From an uncultured Collinsella sp. (lineage in GTDB: Bacteria > Actinomycetota > Coriobacteriia > Coriobacteriales > Coriobacteriaceae): a stretch of 64,000 bases of DNA. Numbering within the stretch: position 1 is the first letter of the stretch; the number at the start of each line of letters is the position of its first letter. The position numbers and the translations under genes were made by a program. Below are positions 41,038-50,551 of the stretch, in pieces. The stretch lies in contig CABSNF010000001.1 in the NCBI GenBank assembly GCA_902478995.1, forward strand, positions 108 through 64,107. The letters are read 5' to 3'. The notes beneath the pieces were generated by a model. The model ran no database searches. It saw nothing but the letters and a program-made list of their open reading frames with translations, and was not told the DNA's origin.

Positions 41038-41538
41038 ATGGTTCGTGTCGACATAGAGACCATCGTCATGGCCGCCGGTCCCGTGCCATCGCTTATCGTG
41101 CTTCGCGAGCGCTGCAGCAAATCGGACTCGCCCGCGCCGCTGCGTTCCCTTTCCATTCAGACTGGTTCGTTTGAAGCTGCTGCCATCAGCCGCGGCATCG
41201 ATAGTGGTCGCGCCGAGCGCCCGATTACCCATGACCTGTTGCTCGATACTGTTGGCGCCCTGGGTGCCAAGCTCGAACGCATCGAAATCGTTCGCGCCGA
41301 GCCGCCCGTGTTTTACGCGACGGTTGTCGTGTTGGCCGATGGCAACGAGCATAAGATCGATGCGCGTCCGAGCGACGCCATCGCCCTCGCCGTACGCAGT
41401 AATGCCCCCATGTTCGTTGAAGACGACATCATGAATCGCCTGGGCACCGTTTCTGCCCATGCCGAGGAAGTCGACGACGAGCAAGAGCTCGAGAAGTTCG
41501 ACGAGTTCGTCCATACGCTCTCCCCCGATGACTTCTAA
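41038..41538 (+). CDS. Bifunctional nuclease domain (DUF151) protein
   Basis: G.FEAAAI, RPITHDLL, VFYA, IDARPSDAIALAVR. Confidence 0.9.
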   Translation: MVRVDIETIVMAAGPVPSLIVLRERCSKSDSPAPLRSLSIQTGSFEAAAISRGIDSGRAERPITHDLLLDTVGALGAKLERIEIVRAEPPVFYATVVVLADGNEHKIDARPSDAIALAVRSNAPMFVEDDIMNRLGTVSAHAEEVDDEQELEKFDEFVHTLSPDDF

Positions 41539-41928
41539 ATGCGGGGCGTCCAGGCTGCGGAGCGTTCGCTGATGGCCGGCGGTATGTCGGCTGAGGCGGC
41601 TGCGATCGCCCGCGAGGCCCAGATGCGCTCGGAGGCTTCTGAGGCGGCTCGCATTGCCTATGTGACGCAGGCCCGCACGCTTCGCGAACGCCGCGGCTCG
41701 TTTATCAAGATGGTTGTCGTCTCCGCCCTTGTCGCGGCAATCTGTTCGCGCCTTCGTGGTACAGTTGGTGCGCTTGGGTTTTCGATCTCTACGGGCCTGG
41801 TGATCTGGGGCGTGGTCGATGCGGTCATGCTGACCAGCCAGATCAAGGTACTCGACAAGCGCGCGATGGATATGATGCGCGCCCGCGACGCTGCCGCTAA
41901 GATCGCTGCTGAGGCACAAGAACTGTAA
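41539..41928 (+). CDS. Hypothetical membrane protein
   Basis: Abuts the upstream stop; two hydrophobic segments. Confidence 0.6.
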   Translation: MRGVQAAERSLMAGGMSAEAAAIAREAQMRSEASEAARIAYVTQARTLRERRGSFIKMVVVSALVAAICSRLRGTVGALGFSISTGLVIWGVVDAVMLTSQIKVLDKRAMDMMRARDAAAKIAAEAQEL

Positions 41929-41958
41929 CGACGCCAGACTCGATGGGAAGGTCTAAAG

Positions 41959-42408
41959 ATGGCACAGGATATGCAGGACGCCGGTAACGTCTCCGCCGAG
42001 CTCGACGCCATGGTGTGCGATCTGATCGGCGCGTTCTTGGACGACCTTGCCGCCGGTGAAAACCCTGGCGTGGTCGTGGCAATTGAGGACGCCGCTTCCA
42101 ACCGTTATCTGGCGGCGCTCGACGAGGACGGCGAAGAGGCGTGCCTCGAGGCGGCCACCAACTTTATCTCCGAGCACAAGATGGGTCTTAAGGACGAGGG
42201 CCTGGGCCGTATCGCTCGCTATGCCATCGGCTACACCGGCTGCGTCGAGATTGACGGCGGCTATCACGATGCTCTGCTCGTGAGCTTCTTCGAAACCACG
42301 CTCGAGAGCGGTTTTTCGGCATATGTGCTGTATGAGGGCATGGGCGCCGGCGATGGTTTTATGTGGAGCGACCCTGAACCTGCAGGTGAGGAAACCCCTC
42401 TCATCTAA
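41959..42408 (+). CDS. Hypothetical acidic protein
   Basis: Strong GC3 codon bias; GAAGG RBS. Confidence 0.7.
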   Translation: MAQDMQDAGNVSAELDAMVCDLIGAFLDDLAAGENPGVVVAIEDAASNRYLAALDEDGEEACLEAATNFISEHKMGLKDEGLGRIARYAIGYTGCVEIDGGYHDALLVSFFETTLESGFSAYVLYEGMGAGDGFMWSDPEPAGEETPLI

Positions 42409-42525
42409 AATCGCTAAAATAAACGAGTTTTCGGTAAAAGGCTCAATATTCCCGCCGAGCGTTGCATTGCTGGGTGGGTCGCATACGCGTGCCGGTTGTA
42501 TATAGATAGAAGATAGGGGAACTAC

Positions 42526-44364
42526 ATGCGCGTAGACAATCTGAGGAACATCGCCATCATCGCTCACGTCGACCACGGCAAGACGACGATGGTCGACAAG
42601 CTCCTGCGTGCCACGGACGCCTTCCGTGCCAACCAGCAGGTCGAGGACCGCGTCCTGGATTCCAACGACCAGGAGCGCGAGCGCGGCATTACGATTCTCG
42701 CCAAGAACATCTCTATCGAGTACAAGGACGTTAAGATCAACGTCATTGACACCCCGGGCCACGCCGACTTTGGCGGCGAAGTCGAGCGCGTGCTGCGTAT
42801 GGCCGACGGCGCCCTGCTGCTGGTCGACGCCTTTGAGGGCCCCATGCCCCAGACCCGCTTCGTGCTGCGTCACGCTATCGACACCGGTCTTAAGATCATG
42901 ATCGTTATCAACAAGATCGATCGTCCGGGTGCCAACCCCGAGAAGGCCTACAACGACTGCCTGGACCTCATGGCCGACCTGGGCGCCACCGACGACCAGC
43001 TTGAGTTCGCCATGGAGCACGTGGTCTACGCCAGCGCCATGAATGGCTTTGCCCGCCTTGACCCCAACGACGGCAATATGGACATGTACCCGCTGCTCGA
43101 TATGATCATCGACGACATGCCCGCGCCCGAGGTTGACGAGAACGCCCCGCTGGCCATGCAGTGCGTGACCATCGACCACTCCAACTTCGTCGGCCGTATC
43201 GGCATCGGCCGCGTGTACTCCGGCACCATTCACCAGGGCGACCAGATTTTGGTTGTGAAGAACGACGGCTCCAGCGCCACCGCTACCGTCAAGCAGCTCT
43301 TTACCTTCGACTATCTGGGCCGCACCGAGTGCCAGGAAGTCGGCGCCGGCGACATCGCTGCTGTCGTGGGTATTGACCGCACCGATATCGGCGATGTCTA
43401 CACCGACCCCGAGAACCCCGTTGAACTCGAGCCCATCGAGATCGACCCGCCGACCCTGTCCATTGTCTTTGAGGCTTCGACCTCCCCGCTCGTCGGCCGT
43501 GATGGCGACATCGTGGGCGCCCGTCAGCTCAAGGAGCGCCTGTTCAACGAGGCCGAGAACAACGTGACTATGAAGATCGAGGAGCTCGAGGACAAGAGCG
43601 GCGTCGAGGTCTCGGGCCGCGGCATCCTGCACCTGTCCGTCCTGATGGAGTCCATGCGCCGCGAGGGCTTTGAGTTCCAGGTCGGTCGTCCCCGCGTTCT
43701 GTTTAAGAAGGACGAGAACGGCAACAAGATGGAGCCCGTCGAGCAGGCCGTCGTCGAGTGTCCGGACGAGTACTCGGGCAAGGTCGTTGAGGTCTTCGGT
43801 ACCTCCGGCGGCATCATGACGAGCATGGACACCTCGGGCATCGTGACGCACCTTGAGTTCAAGATCCCGACGCGCGGCATCATGGGTCTCAAGAACCGCA
43901 TCATGAACGTCACCCACGGCGAGGGCGTGTTCTACCACACCTTCCTGGAGTACGGTCCTTACGCCGGCGAGATCGGTAACCGTCAGAACGGCGCAATGAT
44001 CTCCATGACCACCGAGAAGGCCGTTGCCTATGCTCTGGGTACGCTGCAGGAGCGCGGCCAGCTGTTTGTTGAGCCGGGCACCGAGTGCTATGAGGGCATG
44101 ATCGTGGGCGAGCGCAGCAAGGCCGGCGACATGGTCGTCAACATCGCTCGCACCAAGAACCTGGGCAACCAGCGTTCCTCGACCTCCGATATCTCCGTCC
44201 AGCTGGTGCCGCCCCGCACCTTCTCGCTGGAGGAAGCGCTGGAGTACATCGCCGACGACGAGCTGGTCGAGATTACTCCCAAGAACATCCGCCTGCGCAA
44301 GCGTCTGCTCAATGCTACCGACCGCAAGAAGGCTGCCGTCCGCGCCGGCCAGGTCAACAAATAA
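42526..44364 (+). CDS. typA: Translational GTPase TypA/BipA
   Basis: [49 protein letters not shown]. Confidence 0.97.
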   Translation: MRVDNLRNIAIIAHVDHGKTTMVDKLLRATDAFRANQQVEDRVLDSNDQERERGITILAKNISIEYKDVKINVIDTPGHADFGGEVERVLRMADGALLLVDAFEGPMPQTRFVLRHAIDTGLKIMIVINKIDRPGANPEKAYNDCLDLMADLGATDDQLEFAMEHVVYASAMNGFARLDPNDGNMDMYPLLDMIIDDMPAPEVDENAPLAMQCVTIDHSNFVGRIGIGRVYSGTIHQGDQILVVKNDGSSATATVKQLFTFDYLGRTECQEVGAGDIAAVVGIDRTDIGDVYTDPENPVELEPIEIDPPTLSIVFEASTSPLVGRDGDIVGARQLKERLFNEAENNVTMKIEELEDKSGVEVSGRGILHLSVLMESMRREGFEFQVGRPRVLFKKDENGNKMEPVEQAVVECPDEYSGKVVEVFGTSGGIMTSMDTSGIVTHLEFKIPTRGIMGLKNRIMNVTHGEGVFYHTFLEYGPYAGEIGNRQNGAMISMTTEKAVAYALGTLQERGQLFVEPGTECYEGMIVGERSKAGDMVVNIARTKNLGNQRSSTSDISVQLVPPRTFSLEEALEYIADDELVEITPKNIRLRKRLLNATDRKKAAVRAGQVNK

Positions 44365-44391
44365 GCGCTGGGCTTTATAGCGTCTAACAAG

Positions 44392-44426
44392 AAAGGGCGC
44401 CGACCGTGATGGTCGGCGCCCTTTTT
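44392..44426 (+). terminator. Terminator after typA
   Basis: AAAGGGCGCCGACC-GTGAT-GGTCGGCGCCCTTTTT. Confidence 0.85.
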
Positions 44427-44492
44427 GTGCAAGAGGATTGAGCTGGTCTGCGCCACCATAAAGGTGCCTGTCCCCTTTGTGGTGGTTGGCGG

Positions 44493-45638
44493 CTAAGCGG
44501 TGGGGAGTCCCGGCGTGTTAGCCGGCTGCTGCGGCTTGAGGTGGGCGTTGCGCCAGATGATTTGGATGATGTAGCCGAGTGTAAAGACGAAGGCCACGCC
44601 GCTGATGAAGTCGCCTACGAGGGGAAGCCCCGTGAGGGCGCCTGCGATCACGCCGCCCACAGCCGCCATGGCGTAGCGGTTCTGGCTGTTTCCGACCATG
44701 CACGCGATCGCGCACCCCGCAAAGGCGCTCGACACCAGTGCGATGCCAATAACACCGCACAAGAGGGCTCCGGCAAGCGACAGACCAGCGATAGAGATAA
44801 TCAGCAGTAGGACGGCGGGGACGATAGCAATCGTGCTCAGAAGACCGCTCATCCACAGGGGCATGGGGCGCTGGTGGAGCATGCCGGCGGCGCTGGCGGT
44901 CGCGCGCGGAAAGACGAGCTCGAGCAGCAGAGCGACAAAGCAGGTCGAGAGTGCCGCGGCGACGATACCGCCGATGACATCGTTAACGGTGGAAGTATCC
45001 TCGTTCTCGGTGCGGTCGATCTTGAGCGCGCCTACCTCGGCTCCTGCGGCACGCTCGGGGTCCTCGGAGACGTGCGCGTTCACGGTGCCGGTGATGTGGG
45101 CGTTCTTGCCCAGGATGAGCTTGTCGGCCCAAACCTCGACATCGCCCTCGACGGTGCCATCGATGGTCACCGTATCGCCCGCAAGCGCTGCCGACTTGGT
45201 AGAGCCGCGCAGGGCAACCGTCTCGCCTATCGCGTAAAAACAGTTGGCGGTGCTGTCGGAATTGAGCACAACGTGCTGACCGACGACCGTGACGCTGCCA
45301 TCAACCGTGGTCTTGGCGATATCGATAGTGCGTGCCGCCAAGCGGACGGCGCCGCCCACCGTGCAGTCGCGGATAGAGAGGGTATCGCCCGCGGCGATGA
45401 TATCGCGGTCAATGGACGCATCGTCCAAGTTGAGGGCCTGGCCGGCCCAGTACAGGTCACCCTCGACGCCAGACGGATCGACGTCATTGTCGGTCGCAAG
45501 GACATTGCCTGCCGTGTCCGTGCCAGCAAATGACGCTGTGGGAAGCACGGTGATCGCCAGCGCGATGAGCGCAAACAGGATGGTGATGCGGCCCCACGCT
45601 TTACGGCGCTGGGTCGACGGGAATTGATTGCAGGGCAT
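44493..45638 (-). CDS. Membrane protein with bactofilin-like/beta-helix repeats and C-terminal TM bundle
   Basis: Signal/TM helix, repeated VxGDL..AG..V.I units, 5-6 C-terminal TM helices. Confidence 0.75.
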   Translation of the reverse strand: MPCNQFPSTQRRKAWGRITILFALIALAITVLPTASFAGTDTAGNVLATDNDVDPSGVEGDLYWAGQALNLDDASIDRDIIAAGDTLSIRDCTVGGAVRLAARTIDIAKTTVDGSVTVVGQHVVLNSDSTANCFYAIGETVALRGSTKSAALAGDTVTIDGTVEGDVEVWADKLILGKNAHITGTVNAHVSEDPERAAGAEVGALKIDRTENEDTSTVNDVIGGIVAAALSTCFVALLLELVFPRATASAAGMLHQRPMPLWMSGLLSTIAIVPAVLLLIISIAGLSLAGALLCGVIGIALVSSAFAGCAIACMVGNSQNRYAMAAVGGVIAGALTGLPLVGDFISGVAFVFTLGYIIQIIWRNAHLKPQQPANTPGLPTA

Positions 45639-45744
45639 AGTGAATCCTTCGTTAGATACTCGGCATGTACCTAACAGGGTACCCAACGTGCGAGCGCTCT
45701 AAAAGAACCTCTCGGTTGCATTTCGAAGGGTCGTGCCGGGCTGC

Positions 45745-46434
45745 CTACTTTTTACGGTGCAAAAAGCGCGCGATGTCTTCTTCGGTGGGGCTTTTGATGT
45801 CAAAGCGCAGCGAGAGCCAGCGCAGACCCATGGTCACGACAACGCATACGACCAGCGCGGCGACATTGCTCATGATGCCGCTCATAACGAGACACACATA
45901 GCTTGTCGATCCGGCGATGGCGGCGATGGCATAAAAATTAGTACGTTGGAAAATGCCCGGAACCACGCCCATAAAGCCGTCGCGCAACATGCCGCCGCCC
46001 ACCGCGGTGAAAAAGCCCATCATGATGCACACCGCCGGCGCAAAGCCGTAGACCAGCGCCTTGTCTGCTCCAGTGGCGGCGTAGATGCCGACCGAGATGA
46101 TGTCGAGCAGGGGAATGAGCTTTTCGGGTTTGTCGACGATTGCCGGGAAAATATAGATGATGGCTGCCGTGGCAATGGAAAGCGGGAGTGCCATCGGCTG
46201 GTTGAGGATGTAGACGTTGCCCACCTGCAACGTCATGTCGCGCAAGAGACCGCCGCCCAGACCGCAGACCACCGCGAGCGCGACCGCGCCCACCAGGTCG
46301 AGCTTGTGCTCGCGCGCAACCAGTACACCCGAGATCGATGCAGCGACGACGGCGAACATCTCGAGCCAAAACGGAATAGCGACCATGGCATCCGAGGCAT
46401 GTGAGGTAATGGTTATGGCGGCGACGACGGGCAA
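45745..46434 (-). CDS. TRIC/YadS (UPF0126) family membrane protein
   Basis: Duplicated GGG(L/M)LRD motifs, AxISG, LDLVG. Confidence 0.9.
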   Translation of the reverse strand: MPVVAAITITSHASDAMVAIPFWLEMFAVVAASISGVLVAREHKLDLVGAVALAVVCGLGGGLLRDMTLQVGNVYILNQPMALPLSIATAAIIYIFPAIVDKPEKLIPLLDIISVGIYAATGADKALVYGFAPAVCIMMGFFTAVGGGMLRDGFMGVVPGIFQRTNFYAIAAIAGSTSYVCLVMSGIMSNVAALVVCVVVTMGLRWLSLRFDIKSPTEEDIARFLHRKK

Positions 46435-46565
46435 GATGGGGTCCTTTGGATCGTGGGTTTAGACAATGCCCGTACATAGTACATGGTTGGCGGGCGTGGC
46501 GACCCTATTGCTCGGTAAACGGTTGGCAGCGGATGCTGACATGGCATTGCTGGAATGCCAGGGAT

Positions 46566-46645
46566 CCAAACATGTACGTCACCCTCCAAAAACGGCATTT
46601 TTCGACATCTTTGAAGGCGGACGTACATGTTTGGATTGAGCTCAC
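46566..46645 (+). repeat. Left 80-bp inverted repeat, itself a hairpin
   Basis: Matches the reverse complement of 47756-47835 at 75/80 positions; internal perfect 17-bp arms 46564-46580/46620-46636. Confidence 0.93.
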
Positions 46646-46737
46646 AGCATGAGTGAGTTGATTTACTCACATCCGGTATATTTCCCCACTTCAACGGACA
46701 TAAGAGTTGGATACCGGCTCAGAGCGAGAGGCCCTCA

Positions 46738-47745
46738 ATGGATACCCCTGTTCTCATTTCGCATAAAACCGCATGGCTTGTCCATCATGCACCCCAGAAT
46801 TTGGTTCAGTCTCTTGCGCGGCGCGACTACCAGATAGGCGCACAAGGCATCTCCACCCAGCAACGTGTTGCGCGCATACGACAGGCTCTTACCGACTGCG
46901 GCATTCCGTCCGATATGCTTAAGACTATCGATATCGCGGTTGTATTCGAATTCGAGCGAATTCGTACCAAAGGCGTCGTTTGTCACATTCTTGGACAAAA
47001 TCTTCCCTACGAGCATATTAACGAGTTGACGCCCGGAATCTTCATCACCGACGAAGCCTTCACCTTTGTGCTCGCTGCCGAGTGGATGGATAGGATCGAA
47101 TATCTCGAATATGGCTATGAAGTTTGCGGCGATTATCACATGAGGCTCAATCCCGCCGGCCCTTATACCGGGCAACCAGCCACTACCTCCAAGGATGAAA
47201 TAACCAAACTGCTCGATCAGCACCCCGGCAAACCCGGTGCCACACGTGCACGGCTCGCGCTCAGGCACATCTACGATCACTCGGCCTCGCCTATGGAGAC
47301 CGCTTCGGCAATCGCCCTCTCGCTCCCAACAAGCGAAGGCGGCGCCGGTATCCGAGGTATCGAACTCAACAAACCGCTCGAGATCCCTCAACGTCTCTGG
47401 CATTGCACAAAAGCCCGAACACTCAAAATCGATGCCCTCATTACCTATAAGCGCAGGGAGCTCGGTATCGAATATAAGGGCGGTTTTCACGATGAGCTCG
47501 AGCGCAAGGGAGCAGATGCGGAGCGAGAAGCCGTTCTCTCCCAAATGGGATATCGAATCGTTACGCTCACTTCGGCTCAGTTCGGCAGCCAGCTCGCCTT
47601 TCACCGCGCCATGAACAACATTCGCGAAGCACTCGGCATGCCTCGCTGTACCGACACCGGGTACCAGCGAGAGCAAAACGAACTACGCAAGGCGCTTATC
47701 CGCAACTGGAAGGGCATGCGAGACGAAGAGGCACCTTCCGAATAG
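46738..47745 (+). CDS. Protein with C-terminal Vsr/DUF559-like endonuclease domain (AbiEi-DUF559-like architecture)
   Basis: PGATRARLAL, SASPMET, LN..., KIDAL...GIEYKGGFH...DAEREAVL..MGYRIV. Confidence 0.75.
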   Translation: MDTPVLISHKTAWLVHHAPQNLVQSLARRDYQIGAQGISTQQRVARIRQALTDCGIPSDMLKTIDIAVVFEFERIRTKGVVCHILGQNLPYEHINELTPGIFITDEAFTFVLAAEWMDRIEYLEYGYEVCGDYHMRLNPAGPYTGQPATTSKDEITKLLDQHPGKPGATRARLALRHIYDHSASPMETASAIALSLPTSEGGAGIRGIELNKPLEIPQRLWHCTKARTLKIDALITYKRRELGIEYKGGFHDELERKGADAEREAVLSQMGYRIVTLTSAQFGSQLAFHRAMNNIREALGMPRCTDTGYQREQNELRKALIRNWKGMRDEEAPSE

Positions 47746-47755
47746 TGCCACTCCC

Positions 47756-47835
47756 GTGAACTCAATCCAAACGTGTACGTCAGCCTTCAAAGATGTCGAA
47801 AAATGTCGGTTTTGGAGGGTGACGTACATGTTTGG
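47756..47835 (-). repeat. Right 80-bp inverted repeat, itself a hairpin
   Basis: See left copy; begins 11 bp after the stop codon. Confidence 0.93.
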
Positions 47836-47902
47836 GGAAGCGTGGGATCGAGACGTATTTCGATAACAAAAAAGCCCCATTGCTGGGGCTCATACCATCT
47901 AA

Positions 47903-47993
47903 TGGCGGAGGAGGAGGGATTCGAACCCTCGTGACCTTATACAGGCCAAACGGTTTTCGAGACCGCCGCATTCAACCACTCTGCCACCCCTCC
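47903..47993 (-). tRNA. tRNA-Ser(CGA)
   Basis: GGAGGGG acceptor strand, CT-CGA-AA loop, long variable arm, GCCA end. Confidence 0.95.
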
Positions 47994-48041
47994 GCGTGGG
48001 GTAAAAACAAAGCAGGCTCGAAGGCCTGCTTTGGAATTAAC

Positions 48042-48132
48042 TGGCGGAGAGTCAGGGATTTGAACCCTGGAGACGCTTTTGACGCCTACACGATTTCCAA
48101 TCGTGCTCCTTCGGCCACTCGGACAACTCTCC
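48042..48132 (-). tRNA. tRNA-Ser(GGA)
   Basis: GGAGAGT acceptor strand, TT-GGA-AA loop, long variable arm, GCCA end. Confidence 0.95.
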
Positions 48133-48576
48133 GTTAAATGCGAAAGTCAGTATACACGAGGAATCGCAAAGTGCAAACAGAAAAGTTGGCATTTTTTAAA
48201 ACGTTCGGCCGCGCTTGGCGTTGCAGCGGGGTTTGAGGTGCCAAAAAAAACGGCTTCCGACCAGCGTGGTTGATCAACTCAATTGTTCAAAAGGGGTATT
48301 CATAAGCGACTTGGCAATGAATTTAAAAATCTTTGGGTGGTGCTGTGGACCACTGGTATGTATTTCGCGACCACAGCCTTGTGCCCGTTGACCTGCGGCT
48401 TGGCTCAGCTTGTCTCCGCGGCACCGTATCTTGTCCACAGATTCGTCAAGCTTTTGGTCGGCATTTGGTTGGAATGCGCATGAAACGTGGTGCGAGCATG
48501 GGCATATGTGGAGGTCATGAGGTTGTAGCTGCATATTCTTGCGGCCTGGGAGGTTGAAAGATATTATTACCAAGTC

Positions 48577-48633
48577 TTTTCCTGCTTCAGGCGCACCTTC
48601 ACGACCTGAAGCCACATTTGCCCAGAGGAGGTG
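48577..48633 (+). promoter_or_regulatory. Probable S6:S18 ribosomal protein leader
   Basis: GCTTCAGG/CCTGAAGC hairpin, unpaired CCC, and TTCCT able to pair with the AGGAG SD of rpsF. Confidence 0.55.
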
Positions 48634-48638
48634 ACAAT

Positions 48639-48932
48639 ATGAAGGCTTATGAACTGCTGTTCTTTGTTGACCCGTCGCTCGACCCCGAGACTCGTCTCGC
48701 TGTTATGAAGCGTATCGATACCACGATCGCTGAGGGCGCTGGCAAGGTCGACTCCGTTGACGAGTGGGGCAAGCGCAAGCTCGCCTACGAGATCAACGAC
48801 CTCACCGATGGTGACTACACCCTCATCAACTTCCACGCAGATCCTACCCAGATCGCCGAGCTTGATCGCGTCCTGCGCATCACCGACGCTGTGGTCCGCC
48901 ACATGATCGTCCGTCGCGACGACCAGGAGTAA
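48639..48932 (+). CDS. rpsF: 30S ribosomal protein S6
   Basis: MKAYEL, WGKRKLAYEI, VVRHMIV. Confidence 0.97.
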   Translation: MKAYELLFFVDPSLDPETRLAVMKRIDTTIAEGAGKVDSVDEWGKRKLAYEINDLTDGDYTLINFHADPTQIAELDRVLRITDAVVRHMIVRRDDQE

Positions 48933-48980
48933 GACTGTCGTTTTGGACTGGGCTTGTGCCCCAAGAGGAAGTAGTGAGTT

Positions 48981-49433
48981 ATGAGCATCAATCGAGTGAA
49001 CATCACCGGTAACCTCACCCGCGATCCCGAGCTGCGCGCCACCGCCGGCGGAACCCAGGTTCTGTCCTTTGGCGTCGCCGTGAACGATCGTCGCCGCAAC
49101 GCGCAGACTGGCGAGTGGGAGGACTATCCCAACTTTGTCGACTGCACCATGTTCGGCACCCGCGCCGAGGCCGTGAGCCGTTTCCTGGCAAAGGGAAACA
49201 AGGTCGCGATCGAGGGCAAGCTGCGCTACAGCTCTTGGGAGCGCGACGGCCAGCGCCGGAGCAAGCTTGAGGTCATCGTCGATGAGATCGAGTTTATGAG
49301 CTCCCGTGGTGGCCAGGGTGGCTACGACCAGGGCGGTTACGCCCCCGCAGCTCCCGCGCCCGCAGCACGTCCTGCCGCACCGGTGGCTACGCCGCCCGCG
49401 GTCGACGTCTACGATGAGGACATCCCGTTCTAA
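48981..49433 (+). CDS. ssb: Single-stranded DNA-binding protein
   Basis: INRVNITGNLTRDPELR, C-terminal DEDIPF. Confidence 0.97.
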   Translation: MSINRVNITGNLTRDPELRATAGGTQVLSFGVAVNDRRRNAQTGEWEDYPNFVDCTMFGTRAEAVSRFLAKGNKVAIEGKLRYSSWERDGQRRSKLEVIVDEIEFMSSRGGQGGYDQGGYAPAAPAPAARPAAPVATPPAVDVYDEDIPF

Positions 49434-49505
49434 GGGTTGTTCACCTATTTTTGAGTGAGAGGCGGCTTCGGTTCGCCGAAGTTGCCAAATGAAAGGTATT
49501 TTGAC

Positions 49506-49772
49506 ATGGCTAATGATTTTTCTGCACGTCAGCCGCGTCGTAAGTACTGCCAGTTCTGCAAGGAGAACACTGAGTTCATCGACTATAAGGACACTCAGCT
49601 TCTCCGTAAGTACATGACCGACCGTGGCAAGATCAAGCCCCGTCGCGTCACTGGCGCTTGCACGCAGCATCAGCATGACATCGCCAACGCCATCAAGCGC
49701 GCCCGCGAGATGGCTCTCCTGCCGTACACCGTCCCCGTGGTTTCCTCTCGTGGCAACCGCGACCGCGGCTAA
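49506..49772 (+). CDS. rpsR: 30S ribosomal protein S18 (Cys-containing form)
   Basis: [36 protein letters not shown]. Confidence 0.97.
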   Translation: MANDFSARQPRRKYCQFCKENTEFIDYKDTQLLRKYMTDRGKIKPRRVTGACTQHQHDIANAIKRAREMALLPYTVPVVSSRGNRDRG

Positions 49773-49787
49773 GAAGGGAGACGCATC

Positions 49788-50327
49788 ATGAAGGTTATTC
49801 TTCTCGATGAGATCAAGGGCAAGGGCGGCGAGGGTGACGTCGTAGAGGTTGCTCAGGGTTACGCTGAGAACTTCCTGTTCCCCAAGAAGCTCGCTGTTGC
49901 CGCCACCAAGGGCAACCTCAAGCAGCTTGACGAGCGTCGCAACAACATCGCCAAGCGCGAGGCCGTCCGTCTGGCTACCGCCAACGAGACCAAGGCTGCC
50001 TTCGAGGGCAAGACGGTCACCGTTGACGTCAAGGTCGGCGACGAGGGCATCCTCTTTGGCTCCGTTACCGCCGCTATGATCGCTGACGCCATCAAGGCTC
50101 AGCTCGGTATGGACATCGACCGCAAGCGCGTCGAGCTCGGTAAGCCCATCAAGGTTGCCGGTGCCCACACCGTTGCCATCTCGCTGTACCGCGAGATCAA
50201 GGCCGAGGTTGTCGTTCTCGTCGGCGTTACCGCCGAGGAGCTCGCTGCCGAGGCTGAGGTCGAGGAGGCCGCTGAGGTCGCCGAGGCCGAGACCGCCGAG
50301 GTCGAGACTGAGGCTGCTGCCGAGTAG
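49788..50327 (+). CDS. rplI: 50S ribosomal protein L9
   Basis: MKVILL, GDVVEVAQGYAENFL, LFGSVT. Confidence 0.97.
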   Translation: MKVILLDEIKGKGGEGDVVEVAQGYAENFLFPKKLAVAATKGNLKQLDERRNNIAKREAVRLATANETKAAFEGKTVTVDVKVGDEGILFGSVTAAMIADAIKAQLGMDIDRKRVELGKPIKVAGAHTVAISLYREIKAEVVVLVGVTAEELAAEAEVEEAAEVAEAETAEVETEAAAE

Positions 50328-50551
50328 CATTTGCTGCAACGCAACAATCTTGTTCTAAGAAGGGCGCTCTGGGAAACCAGGGCGCCCTTTTGTTTTTTGC
50401 GCTGAGTGAGTGTCATGGTGAACATTGCGTCGAAGTCCTATATACAGGACCGTTCATCCGTTTGGTTCGGTGATGATTGGCGGCGCGTGGCGCGTTTTGG
50501 GACCGTGGCTGATACTATGGATGCTCGCAAGCGATATGAATGAGGATGCTC

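Larger units (their letters stand above)
46566..47835. mobile_element. Candidate 1.27-kb element: palindromic inverted ends flanking one nuclease-like gene
   Basis: IR-gene-IR architecture; no transposase or clear target-site duplication, so mobility is an inference. Confidence 0.5.

Noticed and set aside
46413..46694. Small ORFs sharing peptide sequence with 47683-47880
   Set aside because: The similarity is just translation of the 80-bp inverted repeats; no coding evidence
46550..47850. Target-site duplication around the IR-flanked cassette
   Set aside because: The flanks (GGAATGCCAGGGAT vs GGAAGCGTGGGAT) are only loosely similar; not convincing without an empty-site comparison
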